DNA of 64,000 nt from a virus. Its lineage: Duplodnaviria; Heunggongvirae; Uroviricota; Caudoviricetes. Position 1 is the first letter of the stretch, and each line of letters starts with the position of its first letter. The stretch lies in IMG/VR virus record IMGVR_UViG_3300008262_003982. One strand, given 5' to 3'. Position numbers and translations under genes: made by a program. Positions 31,082-40,100 of this stretch are shown here, piece after piece. The notes under the pieces were generated by a model, which was not told where the DNA came from, did not search any database, and saw nothing but the letters and a program-made list of their open reading frames with translations.

Positions 31082-31694
31082 CTTTAAAGAAGATGTAAAA
31101 ACTGTTACTGGTAATGAGACTGAATATTATAATTTTATAGATGAAAACTATTTGAAGGTATGTGCTAATGCTCGAGTACTTGAAGTAGGGCCGCATGTTG
31201 GAAAACACACTAAATTAATTGCAAAACATGCACCATGTTACTTAGAATGCATTGAAGGGAATATAGTTCACCAATCTACATTAGAAGATATTCCTGGAGT
31301 AGACAAAGTTGTGGTTGATGATGTTTGGCTTATGAGAGATGCTAAACCATTTGATGTTGTAATTTGTTTTGGTGTGTTGTATCATCATCATAGTTCATTG
31401 CATCTGTTGGAACTATTTGTAAATTATAATACACCAAAATACATAATGCTTGATTGTGTAACTGCCGAGCATCCGTTAGCTTATCTACCAGAAGATATTA
31501 ATATCAGCGGGTCGAGACAACTTCGAAAATCTTGGAAGCATTGTGGGGTCAATTTTAAAACTCCCTTCTTTATTATTAATCAATCACTGTCAAATATGGG
31601 ATATGATTTAAAAATATCACATAAATTACAAACCAGTTATTTTCCAAAATCTAATGGCTGGGTAGCACTTTGGGAACTTCGGGAGAACTTATGA
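31068..31694 (+). CDS. class I SAM-dependent methyltransferase
   Basis: Motif I VLEVGPHVG and motif II FDVVICFGVLYH. Confidence 0.55.
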   Translation: MHPYDFKEDVKTVTGNETEYYNFIDENYLKVCANARVLEVGPHVGKHTKLIAKHAPCYLECIEGNIVHQSTLEDIPGVDKVVVDDVWLMRDAKPFDVVICFGVLYHHHSSLHLLELFVNYNTPKYIMLDCVTAEHPLAYLPEDINISGSRQLRKSWKHCGVNFKTPFFIINQSLSNMGYDLKISHKLQTSYFPKSNGWVALWELRENL

Positions 31695-32059
31695 CCAATC
31701 CGTTTAGAGATCAAGAAAAATTTATGAAGGCTTGCGACCAAAGTGTCAACGAGTTTAACAAAGATCAATTTAACTTGTATGTTACATTGATTGAAGAAGA
31801 AGCCAACGAATTGGCTGATGCAATCACAGCACACGACCAAGTCGAAACTGTTGATGCACTTATTGACATTTTGGTTGTTACTATTGGTGCATTACACAGT
31901 ATGGGCGCAGATGCCGAAGGTGCTTGGAAAGAAGTCATGAAAACTAACTTTGCCAAGATTGATCGAGACACCGGCAAGGTTCGCAAGCGCGAAGATGGTA
32001 AGGTACTCAAACCTGTAGGCTGGACGCCACCTGATCTCAACCCATATCTTAAAAAATGA
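31691..32059 (+). CDS. mazG: MazG-like nucleoside triphosphate pyrophosphohydrolase
   Basis: EEEANELADAI...DALIDILVV is the MazG EExxE metal-binding helix pattern. Confidence 0.6.
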   Translation: MTNPFRDQEKFMKACDQSVNEFNKDQFNLYVTLIEEEANELADAITAHDQVETVDALIDILVVTIGALHSMGADAEGAWKEVMKTNFAKIDRDTGKVRKREDGKVLKPVGWTPPDLNPYLKK

Positions 32060-32271
32060 GTTTACACATACACCGATTTGTTGATTCTATCAAGGCGCAT
32101 GAGTCACGCAACCAACGTGATTTTATCATGACACTTCGTGACGCTAAGGATCTGCATGCAGACATTACCAAGCTATTGGTAACTTTGGAAGAACTACGGT
32201 CAAACACTGCTACAAATTCCAATGAAGTGATTACGGTAGAACTCGCAGGCGGAAGCTTCAAAAACACCTAG
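32056..32271 (+). CDS. hypothetical small protein
   Basis: 71 aa ORF. Confidence 0.4.
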   Translation: MSLHIHRFVDSIKAHESRNQRDFIMTLRDAKDLHADITKLLVTLEELRSNTATNSNEVITVELAGGSFKNT

Positions 32272-32289
32272 TTTATTAGATAAATAAAC

Positions 32290-32598
32290 TTGGGAGAAAA
32301 TATGAGTAGACCCAAACCGCTAGTTCTAATTGAGCACACTGAGAAACAAACCTATAAGACCGAACAAGTATTGGCCTCTGAAGGTGTGTGGGCGGTCTTT
32401 TACGATCAAAAGCCAATCAATCTCAAGACTGGTAACATGCTTACGCAATACCCCGGACCCAAGTACAAAAAAGTCAGTTTCTCAAATCCAGGGCATGCTA
32501 AAAATTTGGCAAAAAAATTAAATGCACAGTTCAAGACTGACAAATTCACAGTCATGCTGTTAACACAAGGGGAACAAGTGTACCCCAATGTTAACTAA
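32290..32598 (+). CDS. hypothetical protein
   Basis: 102 aa ORF with a GGGAG SD. Confidence 0.45.
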   Translation: MGENMSRPKPLVLIEHTEKQTYKTEQVLASEGVWAVFYDQKPINLKTGNMLTQYPGPKYKKVSFSNPGHAKNLAKKLNAQFKTDKFTVMLLTQGEQVYPNVN

Positions 32599-32953
32599 AC
32601 AACAGATTACCGAACGCATACTGACAGGTCTTCCGTCGGAAGACCAACTGACCTACGACGAAGCCTGCAAGTCATGGTGGATGAACTTTAGAGATGGCGG
32701 CGGATTCAGACTGACCAATGCTGGATATACAGCAATTGGTACTTGTGACTTAGAAACATACGCATTTGATGCTCCTTCTGACTTGGTTGCTAAACCCAAA
32801 CATTTACTGACCTTGGATAAAAAGTTAGATTGCCCTTACTACATTAAAATTGGCAAGCATCCGCAAATTGTTTTGTTTGGCAGTCAGCAGGCAGTGATGT
32901 TGGCCATGTACGGCGATCTAGAAAAGTGGTTGAAGTTTTTAAATCGCACTTAG
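32588..32953 (+). CDS. hypothetical protein
   Basis: 121 aa ORF. Confidence 0.45.
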   Translation: MLTKQQITERILTGLPSEDQLTYDEACKSWWMNFRDGGGFRLTNAGYTAIGTCDLETYAFDAPSDLVAKPKHLLTLDKKLDCPYYIKIGKHPQIVLFGSQQAVMLAMYGDLEKWLKFLNRT

Positions 32954-33898
32954 TTTTTTAGCCAACTGTTCAACGTCTTGAATGTACCGTTGTTGTGTGC
33001 CAGTTATAAATTCATCAAGCAAAAAACTTCTTTGTTTTTGCAGTCGCTCTTGGTATGGCGCAAGGTTAATTTTTCCCAGTATGAGATCTTGATTTTTCAT
33101 TATGGCTTGTTCGACTCGAACGTCATTGGACATGCTATCATAGCTGGTGTCCACCAGGTCGTCAAACATGTCAAACCCAAGCTCTCTACAGTCTTGCACA
33201 ATACCTTGGTGACCAATCACAATGGGTACCTGCTGTGCAATCATCGCCATCAATGTTTTTTCGCTCACAATGCCTGGCGGCTCATCATACTGTGTTTCAG
33301 TCACAATGTTCACTTGACATTTTGCATATACCGGCAACAGTCGCATGAAGTTATCTTCGTTTTCTGTGCCGCGATAGGTGTCATAAGCCCAAGCATCAAG
33401 TGGAATGTCGTTGCCGTAACTTAACACACCATTAGGCCAATGTTGCAAGATGTCCACAGCACGTCGACGATGCAAGCACATGCGACCATTGAGGCATTGC
33501 CATGCTGAAGTTTTTGCATTTATTGAATTGGTCCATTGTGACTCACGAGCTTGGATAGCAGTCACAGTGGCCATGTTGTGATTGCTGAATTCGATAAGGT
33601 TCACTGGTCCTTGATAGTATTTTTGTAAATTATGACTCCAATAAGTTACCAGCACACGATGTGCATTGGCGCCATAGTGGCGTTCTACTTGTTCCAGTTC
33701 AAGTATGCGACCCTGACATGGTGTTATGAAATCTTGAAAATGCAACAACAGCAGTGTGTTGTGTTTGAATTCAATGTTGGGCAACTTTAACGGCCAACCA
33801 GTTTCTGGACGATATGGCGGATCAAAGCAGTTGTAAACTGCATGCAGATCAAACCCCAAGCCAGAGAGTGTGTTGGCAAACAAAGATGTATAGTCCAT
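32939..33898 (-). CDS. hypothetical protein, paralogue family (LGFDMFDDLVDTSYD)
   Basis: 319 aa. C-terminal motif shared with 17254..18255 and 36086..37201. Confidence 0.5.
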   Translation of the reverse strand: MDYTSLFANTLSGLGFDLHAVYNCFDPPYRPETGWPLKLPNIEFKHNTLLLLHFQDFITPCQGRILELEQVERHYGANAHRVLVTYWSHNLQKYYQGPVNLIEFSNHNMATVTAIQARESQWTNSINAKTSAWQCLNGRMCLHRRRAVDILQHWPNGVLSYGNDIPLDAWAYDTYRGTENEDNFMRLLPVYAKCQVNIVTETQYDEPPGIVSEKTLMAMIAQQVPIVIGHQGIVQDCRELGFDMFDDLVDTSYDSMSNDVRVEQAIMKNQDLILGKINLAPYQERLQKQRSFLLDEFITGTQQRYIQDVEQLAKKLSAI

Positions 33899-34613
33899 GA
33901 CCTATTTACTAAGTAGATCTATGTATTGGAATAATCCTCTTGTGGAATTTCACTGGCCCAGCAAACAAGATCCCATTCAGATCAGTTCAAATCAAGGCAT
34001 GCATTGCTTGTTCTGGAATCCCAGTTGCGAATTTCGACACTTTTCAACCAACCAACGACTGAATGATCTTTGCGAATGGGCCAATCAGTGGCTAGATCAT
34101 GATGGGCCAGCAGGGTTTCTAGCTGAGCCGCGCAATCACTATGACATTGCCAATCTTGTCAAGCTCAACATGTGGATACGAGACATACGAGCACAGGGCA
34201 TTATAAAACCATTTTTGGTGTTAGATCAGGGTGATGGCACATATCTTGCTGGCAATGGAGATTCACGATTGCGATGTCTAGAACGATTGCCCGAAATACA
34301 AACTGTGCCAGGATTTATTACCACACATCACAGTCGAGCACACTTGTATTCAGACTTTGAACCAATCACAACTTTTGATAGATTTGCCAAACTGTGCGGA
34401 GCAGATCCCGGACAGTTGTTTACTTTTAGATTTACAGATTCTCAGGCACCATACGGGTTGTACTGGTATGAATTCAACAGTTCTCGCACTAGGTCAGTGA
34501 CTCCTAGCGAATCACAATGCTTGGATTGGGTTGAAAAATATTTCAAGCAACATCCGCATGTGCGGATAAGTCCTGAGTGGTTTGATCAAGATATTGATTG
34601 GCATAATATCTAA
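33897..34613 (+). CDS. ParB/Sulfiredoxin-like domain protein (DpdB-like candidate)
   Basis: DGTYLAGNGDSRLRCL resembles the ParB N-terminal GxxR box. Confidence 0.35.
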   Translation: MTYLLSRSMYWNNPLVEFHWPSKQDPIQISSNQGMHCLFWNPSCEFRHFSTNQRLNDLCEWANQWLDHDGPAGFLAEPRNHYDIANLVKLNMWIRDIRAQGIIKPFLVLDQGDGTYLAGNGDSRLRCLERLPEIQTVPGFITTHHSRAHLYSDFEPITTFDRFAKLCGADPGQLFTFRFTDSQAPYGLYWYEFNSSRTRSVTPSESQCLDWVEKYFKQHPHVRISPEWFDQDIDWHNI

Positions 34614-36084
34614 ATCCAGTTTTGACAATTTGCTTCCACTGTGGTGCCCGAGCCTGATCTGGCACAGTGAATTTCATCCAAGGCAATGAATCATTGCAAT
34701 GTCCAGTGAATCCTTTTTTGGGAAGTATCATTTCTTCAGGCCAGGAGGCCAAAAACTGTCGACGAATCAAAGGTTTGCCGCGCCTCAGGTGCATGGGAAG
34801 GCCAAGTGCAAACCGAATGATCTTAGGATGCACAAATGGCGAGCGTGGTTCAATGCCATGTGCCATGGTACAAACGTCAATGCCACGCATGTCTATTGCA
34901 CAAATTTGAGTGATATAATCCATCAACAGAGTGGCTGGCTCTGCTTGACCTTGATGTGCATGCAAACATTGTTGCCACAGTTGTTGAGCGTGAGTGTCAT
35001 TGCCAAATGAACTGTAAGGACTTGCACTTGTTTGTGTGGTGTATTCAAGCTGTGAGTAAACGCCATAGCCACCAAACAGTTCATCAGCGCCTACACCAGT
35101 AAACAACACACGTTCTTTGCAGTGTTGAGCAATTATCCACTGGCCAACAAAACTGTAGCTTTGAACTGGCATCAGTGTGCGACGACACACTTGCTCAAAT
35201 GCATCGGCCCATTGCTGTTCTGTAACACCAATGTTGATGATTTTGTCTCGTTGACTGCCTTCCAACATACGTTGAGATTGTTCACTCACTGGGTCTTTGC
35301 CCAGCATGTTGGTGGTATAATAGTGCTGACTTTGTGGAAGACTTTTTGCAACCACGCCAGAATCAAGCCCACCACTGAATGTGCAGGCATAAGATGTTTC
35401 TGGCCGCATGTCAGTGATTACCCGTTCCCACAAGGGTTGATATTCTTCCCAGGCCTGGTCCAATGTTTGAATACTACTGGGTTTGGCCCATGAAAAGATA
35501 CTGTCAATCACTGTGGTGTTGCCCGACTGATCATACATCACACCTGGCACACATCGTTCAATTCCTTGCCAAGGCGTGTTTTGCCAAATTGGATAGTGTT
35601 TGGTTGTGTAATCAATGTCTTGTAATTTTGGTCGGATGTATACCAAAATAGCTGCCACCTCAGAACTCACAATCAGTATGTTGTTGTCTTGATATCTGTA
35701 CAGGCATCTTTCGCCTTGTGGATCAGTGGCATATATCACTTGGTCGCCTTGAGCATACACCCACGCCCACGGTCCTTCAAAGTATTTGAGTTTTTTTACT
35801 GGTGCGTCTTTTACAGCACGATACATCAGCTCAGTGTCGTTGCTGTAGGAACCAAACCAGCGATAGTTGTAGATTTCGCCATTGAATGCAAAAAAATCAT
35901 CTGACTGTCGATTGTAAAATTGTGTGTTGCCAGTGATGTGCAGAACTGTTTGCGCACAGAACACACGACCATGATGTTGGTAACAGGTAAAATCTGGACC
36001 GCGATCTTTTAAAATTTCTAGAGCTTGGTTGTGCTTTTCTAGCGGTATATCAGTGGTGCTTTTTACGTATAGAACACCACACAT
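34543..36084 (-). CDS. asparagine synthetase B-like glutamine amidotransferase with PP-loop ATPase domain (Gat-QueC-like)
   Basis: N-terminal MCGV (Ntn class-II GATase Cys2) and FSGGLDSGVV (the SGGxDS PP-loop). 513 aa. Confidence 0.75.
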   Translation of the reverse strand: MCGVLYVKSTTDIPLEKHNQALEILKDRGPDFTCYQHHGRVFCAQTVLHITGNTQFYNRQSDDFFAFNGEIYNYRWFGSYSNDTELMYRAVKDAPVKKLKYFEGPWAWVYAQGDQVIYATDPQGERCLYRYQDNNILIVSSEVAAILVYIRPKLQDIDYTTKHYPIWQNTPWQGIERCVPGVMYDQSGNTTVIDSIFSWAKPSSIQTLDQAWEEYQPLWERVITDMRPETSYACTFSGGLDSGVVAKSLPQSQHYYTTNMLGKDPVSEQSQRMLEGSQRDKIINIGVTEQQWADAFEQVCRRTLMPVQSYSFVGQWIIAQHCKERVLFTGVGADELFGGYGVYSQLEYTTQTSASPYSSFGNDTHAQQLWQQCLHAHQGQAEPATLLMDYITQICAIDMRGIDVCTMAHGIEPRSPFVHPKIIRFALGLPMHLRRGKPLIRRQFLASWPEEMILPKKGFTGHCNDSLPWMKFTVPDQARAPQWKQIVKTGFRYYANQYLDQTTQDLSAHADVA

Positions 36085-36085
36085 G

Positions 36086-37201
36086 TTATTTGATATGGTC
36101 TATAACAGCCGGCAACCAAGCGGCAAACTCTGCAGGCCAACGAGCACTCATGTCTTTGAGCACCTTTTGATTTTGTCTGCTGGCAGTAAGGCAACGATGT
36201 CGCAGTTCTGTGCGATCCATAGCACTGAGTTTGGTAAATGTATCTGCGCCAGCAAAGATGTATTCAACCAGTTTGTCACCATAGGCAGCAGTTTTGTTTT
36301 CCATCATGACATCGTAACTGTGATTGACAATGTCTTTGAGTGTGTCAAATCCTAGACTTTCCAGATAGGCCACTGCATGGCGGCCAGCATACACTTGCCA
36401 GGGTGCCGGAGTGACCAATGCACGGAATATCTTCTCGCTGAGAGCAATTGAACTGTCACTGGAGTAGGTTTCAATTACCATGTTCACATAAGCACTGAGG
36501 TGTGCCTGCTCAACTGACATGTCATGATTTTTAAATGGCATGGTTTGAGCAATGCGTTCAAAAGTGTCACCATACACTGCTTTGTATTGTGGCTCTAGTT
36601 TTTCGTAGGCATCTCTGAAATTTTGATTGCATCCTTCAGCTGTGGAATTGTCACCTTCCCAACTCCAGCAGTTGAAATTGATAAAGTCCAACGTTTCAGC
36701 ATCTGGATACTTTTCACAACGCAACGCAATTTCCAGCATGGTCAACATGCGTTTGGAATCAATGCGATTGACTGAAAAATTAAATCTGCGTGTGGGATTG
36801 AAATTGGTCAGCTTGGGTTCATAATGATAGATGCCAAAGAAACTGGATGGCAGTTGAAACACCTTGTACAAGGTTGGACTGGTAACATAGTTGTCTGTGA
36901 TCACTGTGGTATTGCGATCAAATCGATATGCCACTGGTGTGTCATAGTCGTATGTGGTAGAGATGTAGTCGTCTACCAGACACAGCACCACAGTACGGTC
37001 TCCACGGCGCCATGTTTTGTGTCCATCTTGCACAGGCTCATATCCCAGTTTGATCAACAAACTGTGAAAGAAATTCATGGTATTATTTTCGTGCCATATG
37101 CATTGGCTGGTGTCAAAAATTTCGCTAGTGTAAATGTCGTGGTAAAGATCAGTGTCCATGCTGTTACTTATAGCCCACACTTTGGTTGACCAAATATTCA
37201 A
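36086..37201 (-). CDS. hypothetical protein, paralogue family (LGFDTLKDIVNHSYD)
   Basis: 371 aa. A TTG start at 37201 lies inside a promoter-like repeat. The alternative ATG at 37159 is more plausible. Confidence 0.45.
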   Translation of the reverse strand: MNIWSTKVWAISNSMDTDLYHDIYTSEIFDTSQCIWHENNTMNFFHSLLIKLGYEPVQDGHKTWRRGDRTVVLCLVDDYISTTYDYDTPVAYRFDRNTTVITDNYVTSPTLYKVFQLPSSFFGIYHYEPKLTNFNPTRRFNFSVNRIDSKRMLTMLEIALRCEKYPDAETLDFINFNCWSWEGDNSTAEGCNQNFRDAYEKLEPQYKAVYGDTFERIAQTMPFKNHDMSVEQAHLSAYVNMVIETYSSDSSIALSEKIFRALVTPAPWQVYAGRHAVAYLESLGFDTLKDIVNHSYDVMMENKTAAYGDKLVEYIFAGADTFTKLSAMDRTELRHRCLTASRQNQKVLKDMSARWPAEFAAWLPAVIDHIK

Positions 37202-37216
37202 TTTTTGCTGAAAAAA

Positions 37217-37258
37217 GTACTACTTTTAGGGCTAAAAAAAGTAGTACTTTTGTTGTAT
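37217..37258. terminator. bidirectional hairpin (16 bp stem AAAAAGTACTACTTTT / AAAAGTAGTACTTTTT)
   Basis: Perfect inverted repeat with A/T runs on both sides, sitting in a divergent intergenic region. Confidence 0.45.
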
Positions 37259-37278
37259 TTTTGCAACAGGCATTTCGG

Positions 37279-37313
37279 TTGACCAAAAATGCCCAAAATG
37301 CTATAATACACAC
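37279..37313 (+). promoter_or_regulatory. conserved early-type promoter GGTTGACCAAAAAT-N-GCTATAAT-ACACACAT (copy 1)
   Basis: TTGACC-N17-TATAAT. Near-identical copies at 37640, 37893 and 58619. Confidence 0.6.
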
Positions 37314-37643
37314 ATGATGAGAAAGAAACGTACTGATCGCAGCCACATAGTGTACATGATCCAAATTGGATTTGAGTACTACATTGGTATTACCGCAAAA
37401 ACCCAGCGCACAATCAACATGTCGCTCCGTAGCCGTGTGAACAAGCACATCTACCGTAGCCGCACAGAAGACAAAGGCTGGAACTTGTACGAAGCAATTC
37501 GCGCAAACGGTACTGAAGCAATGAACGTGGCTATCGTGGACATTGTGCGTGGCAAAGATGCCGCACATAAGTTGGAGCGCGAGTTAATACAAAAGTATGC
37601 ACCTGCGCTGAACACGGACGTTCGCGTGAAGCAAAACGGTTGA
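37314..37643 (+). CDS. GIY-YIG nuclease domain protein
   Basis: HIVYMIQ...YYIGIT...RVNKH fits the GIY-YIG core. 109 aa. Confidence 0.45.
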   Translation: MMRKKRTDRSHIVYMIQIGFEYYIGITAKTQRTINMSLRSRVNKHIYRSRTEDKGWNLYEAIRANGTEAMNVAIVDIVRGKDAAHKLERELIQKYAPALNTDVRVKQNG

Positions 37644-37676
37644 CACCAAATCACCGTTTTGCTATAATACACACAT
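37640..37676 (+). promoter_or_regulatory. conserved promoter copy 2 (TTGACA-N17-TATAAT-ACACACATAGACA)
   Basis: The stop codon TGA of the upstream gene lies inside the -35 box. Confidence 0.55.
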
Positions 37677-37695
37677 AGACAACAGAGGAGCCACC

Positions 37696-37896
37696 ATGCA
37701 CAAGATGATTCGCGGCAAATATGACTCGCTGTGGAAATGGAAGCTCAATCCGGTAGGATTAGCTCGCAAAACACATCGTCAGCGTGGCAAATTTGCCACA
37801 GCCATGCAGTATGCCTGCAGGGTTAAAGGTGGTGTTAAGGCAATACAATACATTCGCGATCAGCCCTGGGAAACCTGGACTGCTCTGCACGGTTGA
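37696..37896 (+). CDS. hypothetical small basic protein
   Basis: 66 aa ORF with a GAGGAG SD. Confidence 0.45.
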   Translation: MHKMIRGKYDSLWKWKLNPVGLARKTHRQRGKFATAMQYACRVKGGVKAIQYIRDQPWETWTALHG

Positions 37897-37930
37897 CCAA
37901 AAATTCCCAATTTGCTATAATACACACATA
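37893..37930 (+). promoter_or_regulatory. conserved promoter copy 3
   Basis: TTGACC-N17-TATAAT-ACACACATAGACA. The upstream stop lies inside the -35 box. Confidence 0.55.
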
Positions 37931-37948
37931 GACACTAAGGAGCTTGAG

Positions 37949-38149
37949 ATGACCACTATAACTGTAGCACAAATGATTGAGGCACTCCGTGCCCTGCCCG
38001 CTGATGCTCGCTTGGTAGTGACCGAGTCTGGTTATTACTCCTACGGTGAGTTTGCGGATATCATGTTGCCGGAAGTGTATACTCCGGAAAATGATTTGAC
38101 GCCAGGCGCACCCGTGTATCGTATCGGACATTCACATCAATCTTATTAA
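37949..38149 (+). CDS. hypothetical small protein
   Basis: ATG after an AAGGAG SD. 66 aa. Confidence 0.45.
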   Translation: MTTITVAQMIEALRALPADARLVVTESGYYSYGEFADIMLPEVYTPENDLTPGAPVYRIGHSHQSY

Positions 38150-38159
38150 GGAGCCCAAC

Positions 38160-38552
38160 ATGACCAACTGGACTGACCCTATCATACACTGGAATCAACT
38201 GCCCGGCACTGAAGTTCGCCGACTACTGGCCACATGGGGCATGGATGAAAAAGCCATTGCCAAGTATGATAAGAAACATGGCTTTGAGCATCGTCCGCTT
38301 GCAGTGCCTGCACCTGCAAAGGCAGTGACAGCAAAGCCTGTGGTGGCCGCAGTGCCTAAAGCACCTGCAAAAAAGGCAGTGCCTGCAAAGCCAGCGGCTC
38401 GTCAAAAGCATACTGGTGCTGACGGTGAAGTGAAGTTTGTGGAGCACCGCAGTCTGTATGTGGGCTTCTGGGGTGGCCGGGTGGTAGTGACCAAGCGCAC
38501 CGAGGCCGCATGTGTGGAGTTTTTGAAAGCCCTGCAGACACAAGGAGAGTAA
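38160..38552 (+). CDS. hypothetical protein with AKP-rich (histone H1-like) repeat segment
   Basis: VPAPAKAVTAKPVVAAVPKAPAKKAVPAKPAA. Confidence 0.45.
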   Translation: MTNWTDPIIHWNQLPGTEVRRLLATWGMDEKAIAKYDKKHGFEHRPLAVPAPAKAVTAKPVVAAVPKAPAKKAVPAKPAARQKHTGADGEVKFVEHRSLYVGFWGGRVVVTKRTEAACVEFLKALQTQGE

Positions 38553-38553
38553 C

Positions 38554-38967
38554 ATGCCCTGTAGAGATTATGCATCAGACAGTTATTCCAGCCCCACTGA
38601 CAGTTGGCAGTATCGCGATCTCAAAGACCGTGCTGACATGCTGGCTCGCATTGCCTGCAAGGCCATGACTGAACTGGAAAACAACAAGATTGAAGATCTG
38701 TTGTTGCTCCGTGATGACGAGGTGCGTGAATGGTGGGCTAAACACAAAGAAGCAGACCGCAAGGCCCGCGAAAAGGAAGAACGCAAACAAGAGCGTCTGC
38801 GCCTGCGGCGTGCGGCCCTGCGTAAACTCACAGCAGAAGAAAAGGTTGCACTAGGACTCAAAAAGAGCACTGACCCAGACACTGCGGAAGATGTCACGCA
38901 AGCCCTGTCGGCAGTGATTGACCCAACAACTTTCAAACGCAAAACAAAAAAGGAATGGCAAATATGA
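38554..38967 (+). CDS. hypothetical protein (Arg/Glu-rich coiled coil)
   Basis: 137 aa ORF. Confidence 0.45.
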   Translation: MPCRDYASDSYSSPTDSWQYRDLKDRADMLARIACKAMTELENNKIEDLLLLRDDEVREWWAKHKEADRKAREKEERKQERLRLRRAALRKLTAEEKVALGLKKSTDPDTAEDVTQALSAVIDPTTFKRKTKKEWQI

Positions 38968-39233
38968 GTAAAGAAATTGAACTGGTGCCTGGTGGTGGCC
39001 GTTACTACCGTGCCATGACATTTCATTGGGTGGTTGTGGCTGTGCTGATTGTGCCTGTGGCGGCAGCACTGATTGTGGCCATTGTGAATCCCTTGTGGTT
39101 CCGCAGTGCCATGTTTGACTGGGTCGAGCGTGGTGTGAACCGACTGAGCCAGTGGCGCAATTATCAAAAGTATCGCATCTACTTGGGCACCGATCCCAAA
39201 ATGTGGCACACCCTGCGTGGCGATTTGAAATGA
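38955..39233 (+). CDS. hypothetical membrane protein
   Basis: Contains a hydrophobic helix VVVAVLIVPVAAALIVAIV. Confidence 0.4.
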   Translation: MANMSKEIELVPGGGRYYRAMTFHWVVVAVLIVPVAAALIVAIVNPLWFRSAMFDWVERGVNRLSQWRNYQKYRIYLGTDPKMWHTLRGDLK

Positions 39234-39340
39234 AGAAATACCCATCATACTGTTGCCAAAATTGCGGTGAACTGATTGGATGGCTTGGTCGTATTATGCC
39301 ATTTCACAAATGTAAAAAACATTTTGGAGTTAAAGAATGA
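39152..39340 (+). CDS. hypothetical small protein ending KKHFGVKE
   Basis: C-terminal motif shared with 39441..39734 and 40101..40328. Uncertain ORF. Confidence 0.25.
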   Translation: MAQLSKVSHLLGHRSQNVAHPAWRFEMKKYPSYCCQNCGELIGWLGRIMPFHKCKKHFGVKE

Positions 39341-39440
39341 TTGAAATTGTTATTGTTATTGCAGTCGTTGTTATTATTGGCATAAATGTGCTAACAACAG
39401 TATCAACAAGATTCCGCCGATGGTTATATAAGGATGTAAA

Positions 39441-39734
39441 ATGAACGAACAAATTAAACTACTTGCGGTTGAGGCTGGCGCAGTATACAGCAATGACCAT
39501 GCTGTTTCATTGTTAGATGACGAAATTGAAAAGTTCGCCGAGTTGATTGTGCGGGAATGTTGCATAGCATTGAATCCCATGTTGCGTGACATGATCAGTC
39601 GCGGTCAGGGAGTAGATTTGATTAAATTGCATTTTGGAATGAATCCCAAAGAAATCACAACTGCTATGCTTGACGCCTCCATTGCTCAATGCGAACAAGA
39701 ATTAGCGAAAAAGAAATTTGGAGTTGAAGAATGA
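39441..39734 (+). CDS. hypothetical protein, paralogue A (FAELIVREC...HFGVEE)
   Basis: Shares the N-terminal MNEqIkxLA, the central KFAELIVREC and the C-terminal HFG(M/V) with 40101..40328. Confidence 0.5.
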   Translation: MNEQIKLLAVEAGAVYSNDHAVSLLDDEIEKFAELIVRECCIALNPMLRDMISRGQGVDLIKLHFGMNPKEITTAMLDASIAQCEQELAKKKFGVEE

Positions 39735-40100
39735 AAGTCTACGGCTATGCTGTTCAAACATTTGACAAAGACAGTGAAGTGCCCGATGTGAGTGTCCGTG
39801 TGTTTGCATCCAGGAACAATTTAGAATACGCACTAGAAAGTCTGGATCTGACAGAAGATCAAGAAATTTCTACTTTTGAAACAGAGGTTGAAGAATGAAC
39901 AAGCGTAAAATCACTACACGGGTTATCTTTGATGGTGCTGTGGATAAAACCTATACACAGATGCGACAAGTGTATACTGATGACAAGGGTGAGTATGTAA
40001 ATTGCAACCGCAATCGGTATCACATTGAGAATGATAGTTTTGATATTGTTTATACTACAGGTCAGGCGATATCGGTTAAAAAATTGTTTGAGGGTATGAT

